Part shown: positions 19,002 through 28,515 of the stretch, one piece after another
Numbering within the stretch: position 1 is the first letter of the stretch
Layout: the number at the start of each line of letters is the position of its first letter
Assembly (NCBI GenBank): GCA_964637345.1
Contig: CAZWTD010000003.1
Span: forward strand, 7,678-71,677
Source of the DNA: an uncultured Gammaproteobacteria bacterium
Lineage (GTDB): Bacteria; Patescibacteriota; Patescibacteriia; HK-STAS-PATE-3
Length of the DNA: 64,000 nucleotides
Reading direction: 5' to 3'
Notes under the pieces: generated by a model
Told to the model about the DNA's origin: nothing
The model's input: only the letters and a program-made list of their open reading frames with translations
Database searches by the model: none
Position numbers and translations under genes: made by a program

Positions 19002-19634
19002 ATGGCCCGAAACCTCGACCCAAAGTGTAAGCAGTGCCGGCGAGTCGGCGAAAAACTCTTTCTGAAAGGGGAGAAGTGCTTTACGGCAAAATGTCCGATT
19101 GTCCGTCGGAATTATCCCCCAGGACAGCACGGCCAGCAATCCAGCGGCCGGGTTTCATCGTATGGTCTTCAGCTACGCGAGAAACAGAAGGCGCGAAGGA
19201 TGTATCGAATTCTCGAGCGTCAGTTCCGCGGTTACTACGAAAAAGCTATTCGGCAGCGCGGGAACACCGGTGAACGCTTTCAACAGTTCCTCGAGTGTCG
19301 GCTTGATAACGTTGTTTTTCGACTTGGATTGGCGAAGTCGCGCGATCAGGCTCGCCAGTTGATTACCCACGGTCACCTGTACGTGAATGATCGACTCGTG
19401 ACTATTCCTTCGTTCCAGGTTCGACCCGGCATGATGATCAAAGTTAACCCAGAACGGGTGAAGTTGGCATATTGGACCGAGCTTGTGAAGACCCTAATGC
19501 AGGGCCCAGATCGTCCGGCATGGTTGACCTTTAAGGCCGATGATCTATCTGGAACAGTTGACCGTCTCCCGATGGGTGACGAGCTCGCTACGGGGTTGTC
19601 AATGCCCCAAATCGTCGAATTTTACTCTCGATAA
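19002..19634 (+). CDS. rpsD: 30S ribosomal protein S4
   Basis: MARNLDPKCKQCRRVGEKLFLKGEKC zinc-finger-like N-term, S4 RNA-binding domain; 210 aa. Confidence 0.9.
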   Translation: MARNLDPKCKQCRRVGEKLFLKGEKCFTAKCPIVRRNYPPGQHGQQSSGRVSSYGLQLREKQKARRMYRILERQFRGYYEKAIRQRGNTGERFQQFLECRLDNVVFRLGLAKSRDQARQLITHGHLYVNDRLVTIPSFQVRPGMMIKVNPERVKLAYWTELVKTLMQGPDRPAWLTFKADDLSGTVDRLPMGDELATGLSMPQIVEFYSR

Positions 19635-19671
19635 TTGTCTTTACGGGCTTTGCCCGTTTTGGAGATAGGCT

Positions 19672-20460
19672 ATGGAGTCCATCCCTCTTCCGAAGTCAGT
19701 AGAAGTCACCGAGCAAGAAGGTCACCGGGCCATGCTTTCGATCGGTCCGTGCTATCCCGGTTACGGGGTTACGCTTGGAAACGCCCTGCGTCGCGTTCTC
19801 CTAAGCTCCCTACCCGGAGCAGCGATCACTGATGTCCGCATTACCGGAGCTGATCATGAGTTTACCGCGCTGCCAAATGTGAAGGAAGACGTTGTTTCCA
19901 TTATTTTGAACCTCAAGTCTGTTCGCGTTCGGCTCCAAGGGGATGAACCCTTGACGATGACTTTGAAAGTCAAAGGAGAACGGGTAGTGACTGCTAAGGA
20001 CTTTGAAACTCCCAGTCAGATTGAAGTGATCAATGGCGATCAAGCGATTGCGACGCTTACCGATAAAAATGCCGAGTTGGAAATCGTTGCGGTAGTTGGG
20101 TCGGGCCGCGGCTATGTTCCGGTTGAAAACCGCGAAAAAGAGAAACGCGAGATCGGTCAAATTTCCATTGACGCGATTTATACTCCCGTGAAGACGGTGA
20201 ATTTCAGCGTGAATCACGTTCGCGTTGAGCAAATGACGAACTACGATCAGCTACTCCTCGATATTACAACCGATGGAAGCTTGACCCCAGAAGAAGCCTT
20301 TCATCAGGCAACGGTTGTGTTGGCAAACCAGTTTGCCTTCCTTAGTAATCCGAATGCAGAGCCTGCAGCCGAGCTTGCTCATACAGCAGAGGCGGCTCCA
20401 GCTCAGGTTGAGGAGTCTGCACCGAAGAAACGGAAAGCTAAGGAAAGCAAGGGCGAATAA
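19672..20460 (+). CDS. rpoA: DNA-directed RNA polymerase subunit alpha, short form (NTD only; acidic low-complexity tail instead of alpha-CTD)
   Basis: 262 aa; NTD dimerisation/assembly motifs (LSIGPCYPGYGVTLGNALRRVLLSSLPGAAIT...), ends in ...AEPAAELAHTAEAAPAQVEESAPKKRKAKESKGE with no helix-hairpin-helix CTD; alpha-operon position before rplQ. Confidence 0.85.
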   Translation: MESIPLPKSVEVTEQEGHRAMLSIGPCYPGYGVTLGNALRRVLLSSLPGAAITDVRITGADHEFTALPNVKEDVVSIILNLKSVRVRLQGDEPLTMTLKVKGERVVTAKDFETPSQIEVINGDQAIATLTDKNAELEIVAVVGSGRGYVPVENREKEKREIGQISIDAIYTPVKTVNFSVNHVRVEQMTNYDQLLLDITTDGSLTPEEAFHQATVVLANQFAFLSNPNAEPAAELAHTAEAAPAQVEESAPKKRKAKESKGE

Positions 20461-20463
20461 CGT

Positions 20464-20817
20464 ATGCGTCATCGGAAAGCTGGAAAAAAACTTGATCGTA
20501 CCGCTGACTCCCGTCGTCACCTACGGCGACAGTTAGCGATCAACTTCTTCCGTTCCGGTGAAATGCAGACAACGAAAGCTCGCGCTGTGTATATGCGTGG
20601 CTATCTCGAGAAATTGATTTCAACGAGTCGCACCTCAAGCCTAGTCGTGCGGCGCCAGCTTTTACAGGAGCTGAACAATGAGTCTGTTGTGAAAAAGCTT
20701 TTGGACGAGATTGGACCGAAGTTTGCGAAGCGGAGCGGAGGGTACACTCGCATCGTCGCAGTGAAGCGTCGGAAAGGTGATGGCGCAGAAATTGTTCACG
20801 TATCTCTTGTTGCCTAA
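20464..20817 (+). CDS. rplQ: 50S ribosomal protein L17
   Basis: MRHRKAGKKLDRTADSRRHLRRQLAINFF... full-length L17 match; follows rpoA. Confidence 0.9.
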   Translation: MRHRKAGKKLDRTADSRRHLRRQLAINFFRSGEMQTTKARAVYMRGYLEKLISTSRTSSLVVRRQLLQELNNESVVKKLLDEIGPKFAKRSGGYTRIVAVKRRKGDGAEIVHVSLVA

Positions 20818-20821
20818 GCGT

Positions 20822-21172
20822 ATGAATTCTTCTACGACCATTACCTTAAACGCTGCTGAATATTCCTTTGGGCGCTTAGCCTCAAAAGTGGCTTTTCTGC
20901 TCCAAGGCAAGCATCGTGCGGACTATGCCCCGAATCGCATCCACGCCTTGAAAGTAATTGTCCGTAATATTGAACAGGTGCGTTTTACCGGAACAAAACT
21001 TGATTCCAAATTGATGCATCGCCATACCGGATACCCGGGCGGGATTAAGACGGAAACACTTCGTCAGCGTCACACCCGAAAACCCAAAGTGCTTTTTCAG
21101 GAAGCGGTAGTCCGGATGCTTCCAAAAAATCGACTTGCGAAGGACCGTTTGAAGCAACTTGTCATCGCCTAA
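20822..21172 (+). CDS. rplM: 50S ribosomal protein L13
   Basis: Start at internal ATG 20822 (track ORF 5' part overlaps rplQ). NAAEYSFGRLASKVAFLLQGKHRADYAPN...HTGYPGGIK...LPKNRL matches L13. Confidence 0.85.
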   Translation: MNSSTTITLNAAEYSFGRLASKVAFLLQGKHRADYAPNRIHALKVIVRNIEQVRFTGTKLDSKLMHRHTGYPGGIKTETLRQRHTRKPKVLFQEAVVRMLPKNRLAKDRLKQLVIA

Positions 21173-21175
21173 GCT

Positions 21176-21703
21176 ATGCCTACAAAGACCTCAACAACAC
21201 CGAAGAAGAAGGCTGCTCCGAAGAAAACCGTCACGCGGACGAAACGGGCTCCAAAATCGACAAAACTCCCGATTCAAGAGCGGCCGAGCGAGCTTAAACC
21301 ACGTCATCGCGCGAGTAATTATTTGTTTGCGGTTGGTCGCCGAAAAACAGCCGTAGCCCGCGTGCGCCGCTTTTCAGGCGAGGCTGGTCAGTTGACGGTA
21401 AATGGACTTAGCCTTGAGCAATATTTTGTTCCACAGGGGCTTCAGGCTATCGTTCGAAGTCCAATTGAACTCGTCGCAAAAGATGAAGCCTTTCAGTACA
21501 GTGTTCGAGTTCGCGGTGGCGGGAGTCACAGTCAAGCTGAGGCGATTCGCCACGGCATTGCTCGCGTACTCCTGAAAGCAAACGAAACATGGCGGCCGCT
21601 TCTCAAGCAAGCTGGCTGGCTGCGGCGCGACGCCCGCGTCAAGGAACGAAAGAAGCCGGGGCTTCATCGCGCCCGTCGCGCGCCCCAGTGGCAGAAGCGT
21701 TAA
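21176..21703 (+). CDS. rpsI: 30S ribosomal protein S9 with ~45-aa Lys/Ala/Pro-rich N-terminal extension
   Basis: Core YLFAVGRRKTAVARV...GGGSHSQAEAIRHGIARVL...RDARVKERKKPGLHRARRAPQWQKR = S9; ATG 3 nt after rplM stop gives K-rich extension (alternative TTG at the S9 core would leave a 140-nt gap). Confidence 0.85.
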   Translation: MPTKTSTTPKKKAAPKKTVTRTKRAPKSTKLPIQERPSELKPRHRASNYLFAVGRRKTAVARVRRFSGEAGQLTVNGLSLEQYFVPQGLQAIVRSPIELVAKDEAFQYSVRVRGGGSHSQAEAIRHGIARVLLKANETWRPLLKQAGWLRRDARVKERKKPGLHRARRAPQWQKR

Positions 21704-21764
21704 TCGCGACCGCGCGACTCGGCGGAACTTGAGTCGAGGCGCCAGTCGAAGGAGATCCGACTTG

Positions 21765-23222
21765 GCCGAATCAGCTGCGCCTGGAAAAGTCGTTCGAAAT
21801 TCGACCTATCTCACTTTAGCCTACATTCTACAGAAGGTGCTGTCCTTCGGGTATTTTGTCTATTACTCGCGGACGCTTGATTATACCCATACCGGCTCAT
21901 TTGTTTTTGCTCTTTCCTTCGCCTCGATCTTCAGTATTATCGTTGATTTTGGCCTAAACCCCTGGCTTATTCGGGAGGTTGCGAGAAATCCTGAGCGTTC
22001 CCAGAAGCTGTTAAATAGTGTTTTGGGCGTTAAAGGCGCGCTAGCCATTCTTGGCTACGGCACCATGGTTTTGGTTAGCGTTCTTCTTGGGCATTCAGTA
22101 GAAGCCCGTGAGCTCCTTTTGTTGACGGGCGTAGTTATGGTCATCGAGTCCATGTCTCTTACCGTGTATGCCGTGTTTCGAGGCGTACAAAACTTTCGCT
22201 ATGAAGCAACCGGAACAATCCTTCATCAGGTCGTTTTGATTCTTGCTGGATTGATTGGGTTTCAGCTTCGTGTTGACGTTTTTGTCCTTGCAGTCGCTGT
22301 TGTTCTCGGCGCGCTCGCGAACCTTCTGTACGCCTCCTGGCAGGTGCGGCGCAAGCTCGGATTAACGCTCTTGCCCTGGATTGATCGAGAGAAGCTTCGG
22401 TCCATGCTTCAGACTGCTGCGCCTTTTTTTCTCGCCGGCGTTTTCACGAAAATCTATGCCTACGTTGATATTGTTATTCTCGGGCAGCTGACGAACTCAA
22501 GTTATGTTGGTTGGTACAGCGTCGCCTACAAATTGACCTATGCGATCCAATTTTTTCCCATTGCCGTTTCAAATAGCTTGTATCCAGCGTTTAGTGAAGC
22601 GTTTCAAAACGCCCGCGACCGACTACGCACACTGCTTGAACAATCAATCGTGTTTGTAGTGAGTTTAGCGTTGCCGATAAGCGCCGCAATTGCATTTCTT
22701 GCGCAGCCTTTAGTGACAAATCCGCGACTTTGGCCGACCTATGCGGAAACTGTTCCCGCCCTTCAAATTTCGATTCTTAGTCTCCCGTTCATTTTCATCA
22801 ACCTCATTGGAACCTCATTTTTAAATGCATGTAACCGGCAGAAAGTGAACACCGTAAATATTGGCGTTACTATGGCCGTGAATGTTGTGTTGAACTTTAT
22901 TCTCATACCGGTCTGGCAGCACGTAGGCGCAAGCATCGCGGCCCTCGGAAGCTCGCTCGTCCTCTTTGTCTTAAACCTCGTTTGGATTCAAAAGATTGCG
23001 CCTCTCCGGGGAGGATGGATCTTCCGCCGAGTCTTTAAAAGTATCATTGCAGTTTTGTGTATGCTTGGGGTAGTGCTCATCAGTTCTGATTTGTCGGTCT
23101 TTGTTCGCCTTCCGCTGAGCGCCCTGAGCTACCTCATTATCTTTTTGATGATCGGGGGTATTCCTCGGGAGTACAGGGATACTTTGCAGTCACTTTTTCG
23201 AAGAAAGCGTCCGTCAGTATGA
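21765..23222 (+). CDS. oligosaccharide/polysaccharide flippase (MOP superfamily, Wzx-like)
   Basis: ~12-14 TM; N-terminal region VVRNSTYLTLAYILQKVLSFGYFVYYSRTLDYTHTGSFVFALSFASIFSIIVDFGLNPWLIREVARN matches Wzx/polysaccharide biosynthesis protein family. Track ORF starts with TTG at 21729; start placed at in-frame TTG 21765 preceded by GAAGGAGA SD (start uncertain). Confidence 0.65.
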   Translation, partial: AESAAPGKVVRNSTYLTLAYILQKVLSFGYFVYYSRTLDYTHTGSFVFALSFASIFSIIVDFGLNPWLIREVARNPERSQKLLNSVLGVKGALAILGYGTMVLVSVLLGHSVEARELLLLTGVVMVIESMSLTVYAVFRGVQNFRYEATGTILHQVVLILAGLIGFQLRVDVFVLAVAVVLGALANLLYASWQVRRKLGLTLLPWIDREKLRSMLQTAAPFFLAGVFTKIYAYVDIVILGQLTNSSYVGWYSVAYKLTYAIQFFPIAVSNSLYPAFSEAFQNARDRLRTLLEQSIVFVVSLALPISAAIAFLAQPLVTNPRLWPTYAETVPALQISILSLPFIFINLIGTSFLNACNRQKVNTVNIGVTMAVNVVLNFILIPVWQHVGASIAALGSSLVLFVLNLVWIQKIAPLRGGWIFRRVFKSIIAVLCMLGVVLISSDLSVFVRLPLSALSYLIIFLMIGGIPREYRDTLQSLFRRKRPSV

Positions 23223-24340
23223 AAACGCTCCTGATTACCGCATTCTTCCCACCCCAGCTTGGGGGACTTGAACACTATTGGGCCAGCGTTGCTGCCCGTT
23301 GGCCTGATCGGCAACTCATTGTCCTTACGCCCCCAGGTCCGCTTAAGGTTCAATCCGATGATCGCGGGGTTCGCGTATTCCGTCGGAATTTTTTTCCCTG
23401 GCCCTGGATCCGGCCGTCATGGCTGCCCTTACTGTGGACGATTCGGGCTATACTTAAGAAGGAAAACTGCACACGAATTCTTTTCGGACATTTTGCAACC
23501 TATACGATACTTGGTCCGATACTCAAACGTTTAACCGGTATTGAGTATGACCTTATGTCGCATGGAAACGACCTCGTAAACTACACGCGGGGAAATTTCG
23601 GACTATGGGTGCTTCGTCGCGTTCTCCGAGGAGCGCGCCGAGTGTATGCAAATAGCGAACAAACGCAGGCCCTTCTTCGTTCACACGGAGCTCATACCGT
23701 TCAGATTGCTCCGCCGGCAATTGCGTACTCCGCCTGGCCGGAACTTAGTCGAAGTGAGGCGCGCCGCCAGCTGAACATTCCCGACTCGTCATTCTTGATC
23801 CTTTTTCTTGGCCGGATTGAGCCGATAAAAGGGGTAGATACGCTGCTTCGGGCCTATCGGCTTCTCCCGGACCGGAGCAACGTTATCCTCGCGCTGCTGG
23901 GAGATGGATCTGAGCGGGTTCGTCTCCAGCGATACGCACGATTACTCGATTTTCCAGAAAATCTTGTCCGTTTCGTCGGGGCAATCCCGGACCGACCAGA
24001 GGCCAAGGCTCCATGGTTAGCAGCGGCGAATACGCTTGTCCTCCCGAGTCGGCAACTTGGGGCTCAACGAGAAAGCTTCGGGCTCGTCTGCCTTGAGGCC
24101 GCGCGATATCGCATTCCAGTCGTCGTAACATCGGTAAGCGGGGCAAAGGAGTTTGTTGTGCCTGGAGAAACTGGTTACGTTGTTCCTCCGGAAGATCCAA
24201 AAGAATTAGCCAAGGCGTTTGAAACCCTGCAGAATCATGCGGAGCTAAGCTCCAGGATGGGAGAAAAGCTTTTCACAGAAATTCAATCTCGATACACTTG
24301 GGATCGCACCGTCTCACTCCTAGCGAATACCAATGATTAG
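23219..24340 (+). CDS. glycosyltransferase family 4 (GT-B, RfaB-like)
   Basis: C-terminal GT1/GT4 signature ESFGLVCLEAARYRIPVVVTSVSGAKEFVVPGETGYVV (E-x7-E motif); ATGA overlap with flippase. Confidence 0.8.
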   Translation: MKTLLITAFFPPQLGGLEHYWASVAARWPDRQLIVLTPPGPLKVQSDDRGVRVFRRNFFPWPWIRPSWLPLLWTIRAILKKENCTRILFGHFATYTILGPILKRLTGIEYDLMSHGNDLVNYTRGNFGLWVLRRVLRGARRVYANSEQTQALLRSHGAHTVQIAPPAIAYSAWPELSRSEARRQLNIPDSSFLILFLGRIEPIKGVDTLLRAYRLLPDRSNVILALLGDGSERVRLQRYARLLDFPENLVRFVGAIPDRPEAKAPWLAAANTLVLPSRQLGAQRESFGLVCLEAARYRIPVVVTSVSGAKEFVVPGETGYVVPPEDPKELAKAFETLQNHAELSSRMGEKLFTEIQSRYTWDRTVSLLANTND

Positions 24341-25061
24341 CGTCATTATTCCGGCGTATCAGTCTTCACGGACAATTGTGGCGTGTCTTGAGAGCGTCCT
24401 AGGGCAACACCAGGTAGATCTTGAAATAATTGTCGTCGATGACGGATCAACAGACGACACCTTAGCGCTCCTGGCCGCGTATCACGATCGGATTACGTTG
24501 TTAACCCGCGAACATAGCGGGGCTGCAGCAGCCCGTAATGCTGGAGCAAAAATCGCAAAAGGGGAATATTTCTTTTTTTGCGACTCGGACGTTATTCTTG
24601 AACCTCGCGCACTCAATACACTCGAGCGCGCACTACAAAAGCATCGAGAGGTCTCGTACGCCTATTGCTCGTTTCGCTTTGACGCCCGCCTAATGCGTGG
24701 CGTTCCGTTTCACCCTCAATGGCTGCGACGGATGAATTACATTAGTACGATGTCGCTTATCCGCGCTGTGGATTTTCCAGGCTTTGATGAGTCGCTTGAG
24801 CGTTTTCAAGATTGGGATCTCTGGCTGACGCTGCTTGGGGCTGGAAAAATAGGCGTTCTCGTACCTGATGTGCTATTTCGGACAATTCCGCGAAAAGGGA
24901 TCAGTAGCAAAGCTGACACCTTGCGGGTATCCGAACACGTTGTTCGAGCAAAGCATCAATTGCCTGAACCAACACGGCTTGAGCGATGGCGCTGGAAACT
25001 CGAGCTGGCGTACATTCGCTTTACTTCATCGCGTCGAGATTCGCAAATTCCGAATGACTGA
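24333..25061 (+). CDS. glycosyltransferase family 2 (GT-A)
   Basis: MISVIIPAYQSSRTIVACLESVLGQHQVDLEIIVVDDGSTDDT plus DSD (DxD) motif FCDSDV. Confidence 0.75.
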   Translation: MISVIIPAYQSSRTIVACLESVLGQHQVDLEIIVVDDGSTDDTLALLAAYHDRITLLTREHSGAAAARNAGAKIAKGEYFFFCDSDVILEPRALNTLERALQKHREVSYAYCSFRFDARLMRGVPFHPQWLRRMNYISTMSLIRAVDFPGFDESLERFQDWDLWLTLLGAGKIGVLVPDVLFRTIPRKGISSKADTLRVSEHVVRAKHQLPEPTRLERWRWKLELAYIRFTSSRRDSQIPND

Positions 25062-25938
25062 CACACAGCCACTATCGGTTATTATTGTAAGCTGGAGGGT
25101 TCGTCCTTTTCTTGAACGTTGCTTAGCGTCGCTTCGCAGTACTGCGCTTCCGCTTCGCATTATTGTTGTTGATAATAACTCGCGCGACGGGAGCGTTGAG
25201 CTTGTCCAGAAAACATTCCCCGAATGTGAACTCATTGCGAATTCGACAAATAGGGGATTCGCAGCCGCCGTAAATCAAGGATTAGCGCTCGTGCATGACG
25301 GACATGCGCTCCTTCTCAACCCTGACTGTCGTGTTCTTCCCGGAAGCCTGGAAGCGGCCGTGGCGGCCCTCGAAAGCGAGCAGGACATTGGGGTTTTGGG
25401 CTGTCTATTGCGAAATGAGGATGGAAGTATTCAGCCCTCGATTCGGCGCTTTCCTTCTTTCCTGGACCAAGCGATGATCTTGCTGAAGCTCCATCGTCTT
25501 GTTCCAGCTGTTTCAGTTTTGAGATCGTACTTTGCTTCAGATTTGGATTATACGAAAGACCAGGATGTTGACCAAGTCAAAGGAGCATTTTTTCTCATCT
25601 CCCGAAACGCGCTGCGCGTTGTTGGCCATCTTGATGAGGCCTTTTGGATTTGGTTTGAAGAAGTCGACTATTGCCGCAGAGTGAAGGACTCGGGCATGGT
25701 TGTCCGGTATCTCTCCAGCGCTGAAGTGGTTCACGCGGGGGGCGAAAGCTTTCGTTCAGTTTGGACCGTGTCGCGGCAAAAGGCGTTTTGCGCAAGCCTC
25801 CTGCGGTACTTTCGAAAACACCGTCCGCTATGGGAGTATTTTGGGCTGGCCGTCCTTGTTCCACTCAGCTATTTCCTAGCTCTTCTTTCTACTCCCGTAA
25901 GTCTGGTAAAAGCTAAAATTCCAACGCCGCATGGGTAA
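25054..25938 (+). CDS. glycosyltransferase family 2 (GT-A)
   Basis: Start at internal ATG 25054 (MTDTQPLSVIIVSWRVRPFLERCLASL...IIVVDNNSRDGS), DxD-like NPDCRV; 8-nt overlap with preceding GT2. Confidence 0.75.
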   Translation: MTDTQPLSVIIVSWRVRPFLERCLASLRSTALPLRIIVVDNNSRDGSVELVQKTFPECELIANSTNRGFAAAVNQGLALVHDGHALLLNPDCRVLPGSLEAAVAALESEQDIGVLGCLLRNEDGSIQPSIRRFPSFLDQAMILLKLHRLVPAVSVLRSYFASDLDYTKDQDVDQVKGAFFLISRNALRVVGHLDEAFWIWFEEVDYCRRVKDSGMVVRYLSSAEVVHAGGESFRSVWTVSRQKAFCASLLRYFRKHRPLWEYFGLAVLVPLSYFLALLSTPVSLVKAKIPTPHG

Positions 25939-27493
25939 AACAGTGCTGAACATTTCCCTCTGGACCCTCCTTGGATTTTGTATTGTATTCTTGAGTTTTT
26001 TTGGTTATCTTTGGCCCTGGGTGAATCTGGTCATGTGCTTGGCGATTGTCAGTCTCGCACTTTTTTTTGCATTTCGCTCGCCTCCCGCGCTCCTCGGTCT
26101 TTTTTTCGCCGAGCTCATTCTCGGGGGAAAGGGATACCTATTCTCTCTATCGCTTGGCTCCTACCTTCTTTCCTTGCGTCAAGCGCTATTCGTCATTGTG
26201 ATGATCGCATTTACTTGGAGCCTATTACGCGAACGAAAGGTGCGCTTTTTTCAAACACCCTTTGCCTGGTCGAGCCTCCCATTTTTCCTCGCTGTTCTCT
26301 TTGGTGCTATCTTCGGTTGGTTTCGTCACCCGCACCTTGTTTGGTTTCATGACGTCAACGGTTACCTTGCGCTCGCGGTTTTATTTGCCCTAGCCCAGCT
26401 ACTTCGATCATCCAGTTCGCTCAGAGTGCTTCGTCATTTTCTTATTCCCTCAGTTGCCGCGCTCGTCCTCTTTACGCTACTCCTCTCGGCAATATTTAGT
26501 ACCGTGTATTACCGTCCAGGATTTGTAAAGGCTACCTCGGTAAGCGAAGATCAGCTTGCGAAGCTCGGCCAAGGAGATCGGGATCAAGCTCGCCTTGGTC
26601 AATCAGTTGGAATGACGCCGGATGTTGTGCGCGTTGATTGGTCCGATGTGTCTGATGAGCGTCCGCTGCTCTATCGTTGGGTTCGGGACACAGGAACGGC
26701 GGAGGTGGCGTATCTAGGACAGAGAATGTTTCGAGTTTTTACCGCGAGCCATCTTTTCCTCGCTGCGGCCTTTGTGTTTATGTTCGCGCTACTGACCGGA
26801 CGTCCCCTCCGCTTTTCATCTTCCCACGTTTTCCTCTGGGCTCTTCTCTTTGCTCTCGGATTGGCGCTACTGGTAAGTTTTTCGCGAAGCCTTTGGTTTG
26901 GAACGGCAATCGGTTCATTGGCAGTCCTCCTGGCGTCGGGGTGGAGATCGTTTCTTCGAGTTTCGTCAACCTTTCTTATACTCGTTATTATCATCGGTGG
27001 ACTTCTTTCCCTTGTCTATCCTGGAGGGATTCAAGTTCTTCAGGAGCGTTTTCAGAGTTCCACAACAAGCTCCGGAGAATTAGCCGCAACAAACCGCCTT
27101 CAGCTCCTCCCGGAAGTGATGAGAAGTATTACTGCGCACCCTTGGATCGGAAACGGTTTCGGAACCAGCGTAACGTTTCAGTCCCTTGTGGCCGGAACCG
27201 ACGAGGTTGAATACATCCGGGTGTATTTATTCGAGTGGGCCTATCTTGACCTTATCGCAAAAATCGGGTGTATTGGGTTTGCGGCAATGCTTATTTGGCT
27301 CACCCGAGGACTCAGTGTCCTATGGCAGTTCTTCCGCCGGAGCACCGGCGATTATCGACTTCTAGGAATCGGTGCATTTGGCGCTGTTCTCGTCCTGATT
27401 GCAGCTAACGTCTTTACTCCCTATCTTAATCATCCACTAGGGCTTAGTCTCCTCGCTCTTGCCTGGATGAGCATCCTCCCGTTACGACAATGA
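25931..27493 (+). CDS. O-antigen ligase-like membrane protein (Wzy_C domain; O-antigen polymerase/ligase or O-oligosaccharyltransferase family)
   Basis: 520 aa, ~12 TM; Wzy_C core FSRSLWFGTAIGSLAVLL ... ITAHPWIGNGFGT ... YIRVYLFEWAYLDLIAKIGCIGFAAMLIWL with large periplasmic loop. Confidence 0.6.
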   Translation: MGKTVLNISLWTLLGFCIVFLSFFGYLWPWVNLVMCLAIVSLALFFAFRSPPALLGLFFAELILGGKGYLFSLSLGSYLLSLRQALFVIVMIAFTWSLLRERKVRFFQTPFAWSSLPFFLAVLFGAIFGWFRHPHLVWFHDVNGYLALAVLFALAQLLRSSSSLRVLRHFLIPSVAALVLFTLLLSAIFSTVYYRPGFVKATSVSEDQLAKLGQGDRDQARLGQSVGMTPDVVRVDWSDVSDERPLLYRWVRDTGTAEVAYLGQRMFRVFTASHLFLAAAFVFMFALLTGRPLRFSSSHVFLWALLFALGLALLVSFSRSLWFGTAIGSLAVLLASGWRSFLRVSSTFLILVIIIGGLLSLVYPGGIQVLQERFQSSTTSSGELAATNRLQLLPEVMRSITAHPWIGNGFGTSVTFQSLVAGTDEVEYIRVYLFEWAYLDLIAKIGCIGFAAMLIWLTRGLSVLWQFFRRSTGDYRLLGIGAFGAVLVLIAANVFTPYLNHPLGLSLLALAWMSILPLRQ

Positions 27494-28515
27494 ACTCCCC
27501 GCGGATTAGTATTCACATCGTCACCTGGAACAGTCTCACCTATCTTCCGGCCTGCATCCGTTCGCTGCGTGAGCAGAGCTTTCGAGATTGGACCTGCCTG
27601 GTCGTTGACAACGCTTCTACGGACGGCTCTGTAGCTTGGCTTCGAACGAATGCCCCCGAATTCAACATTCTCCAAAATCGACAAAATATGGGGTTTGCTC
27701 GGGCGCATAATCAAGCAATTCATATCAGCCGGAGCCCGTACGTCTTAACGCTCAACCCTGACGTTATTCTTACTCCAAATTTTCTTGAAAAACTGTATGC
27801 TGCTGTTTATTATGACCCTCGGATTGGCAGCGCGAGCGGGAAGCTTCTGAAGTTTTCCTTCGTACCTGGCGAGTTGACGGATCCCAAGTTGTCAGACCGA
27901 ATTGATGCGACTGGCTTAGTTATTCAGCGAAGCCGGAGGACGCGGAATCGCGGGGAGGGGGAGCGTGATCAGGGTCAATACGACGACCGTACTGATGTTT
28001 TTGGGGTAAGCGCGGCCGTGGGATTGTACAACCGGGAAGCCCTGGAAGATGTTCGTATTGGTCAGGAATATTTCGATGATGACTTTTTTGCCTACAAAGA
28101 GGACGTCGATCTTGCGTGGAGACTTAAACGGCGGGGCTGGTTGTCGCGATATATTCCTTCAGCCCTGGCGTATCACCATCGAGGAGTCCAGGGTGATGTG
28201 CGAAGCGACGCCGCGACGGCATTTCAAAGACGGCACCATTCGCGCTTCGTTAATGGTTTCTCCTACAGCAACCATCTCGCAATGCTGGTGAAGAATGAGT
28301 CCTGGGCGACCTTTGTGAAAGATGCGCCTTGGATATTCTGGTACGAGTTGAAAAAAATTCTTTTCATCCTCTTTTTCGAATTTTCAACACTACGAGCTCT
28401 AGGGCGTTTCTTTCGTATGTTGCCAACAATGCTCCGAAAACGCAAAATGATCCAACGCCAAGGCAAAACGAGTCCAGGGAAGCTCCGTTCGTGGTTTCTT
28501 GCCGACCATGCTTGA
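27490..28515 (+). CDS. glycosyltransferase family 2 (GT-A)
   Basis: ISIHIVTWNSLTYLPACIRSLREQSFRDWTCLVVDNASTDGS; DxD-like NPDVIL, rhamnosyltransferase-like length (341 aa); ATGA overlap with upstream gene. Confidence 0.75.
   Translation: MNSPRISIHIVTWNSLTYLPACIRSLREQSFRDWTCLVVDNASTDGSVAWLRTNAPEFNILQNRQNMGFARAHNQAIHISRSPYVLTLNPDVILTPNFLEKLYAAVYYDPRIGSASGKLLKFSFVPGELTDPKLSDRIDATGLVIQRSRRTRNRGEGERDQGQYDDRTDVFGVSAAVGLYNREALEDVRIGQEYFDDDFFAYKEDVDLAWRLKRRGWLSRYIPSALAYHHRGVQGDVRSDAATAFQRRHHSRFVNGFSYSNHLAMLVKNESWATFVKDAPWIFWYELKKILFILFFEFSTLRALGRFFRMLPTMLRKRKMIQRQGKTSPGKLRSWFLADHA

Noticed and set aside
24868-25053. 5' extension of the second GT2 (track ORF 24868-25938)
   Set aside because: The GT2 N-terminal motif (SVIIVSW...VVDNNS) begins right after the internal ATG 25054; the upstream part overlaps the preceding GT2 in another frame.
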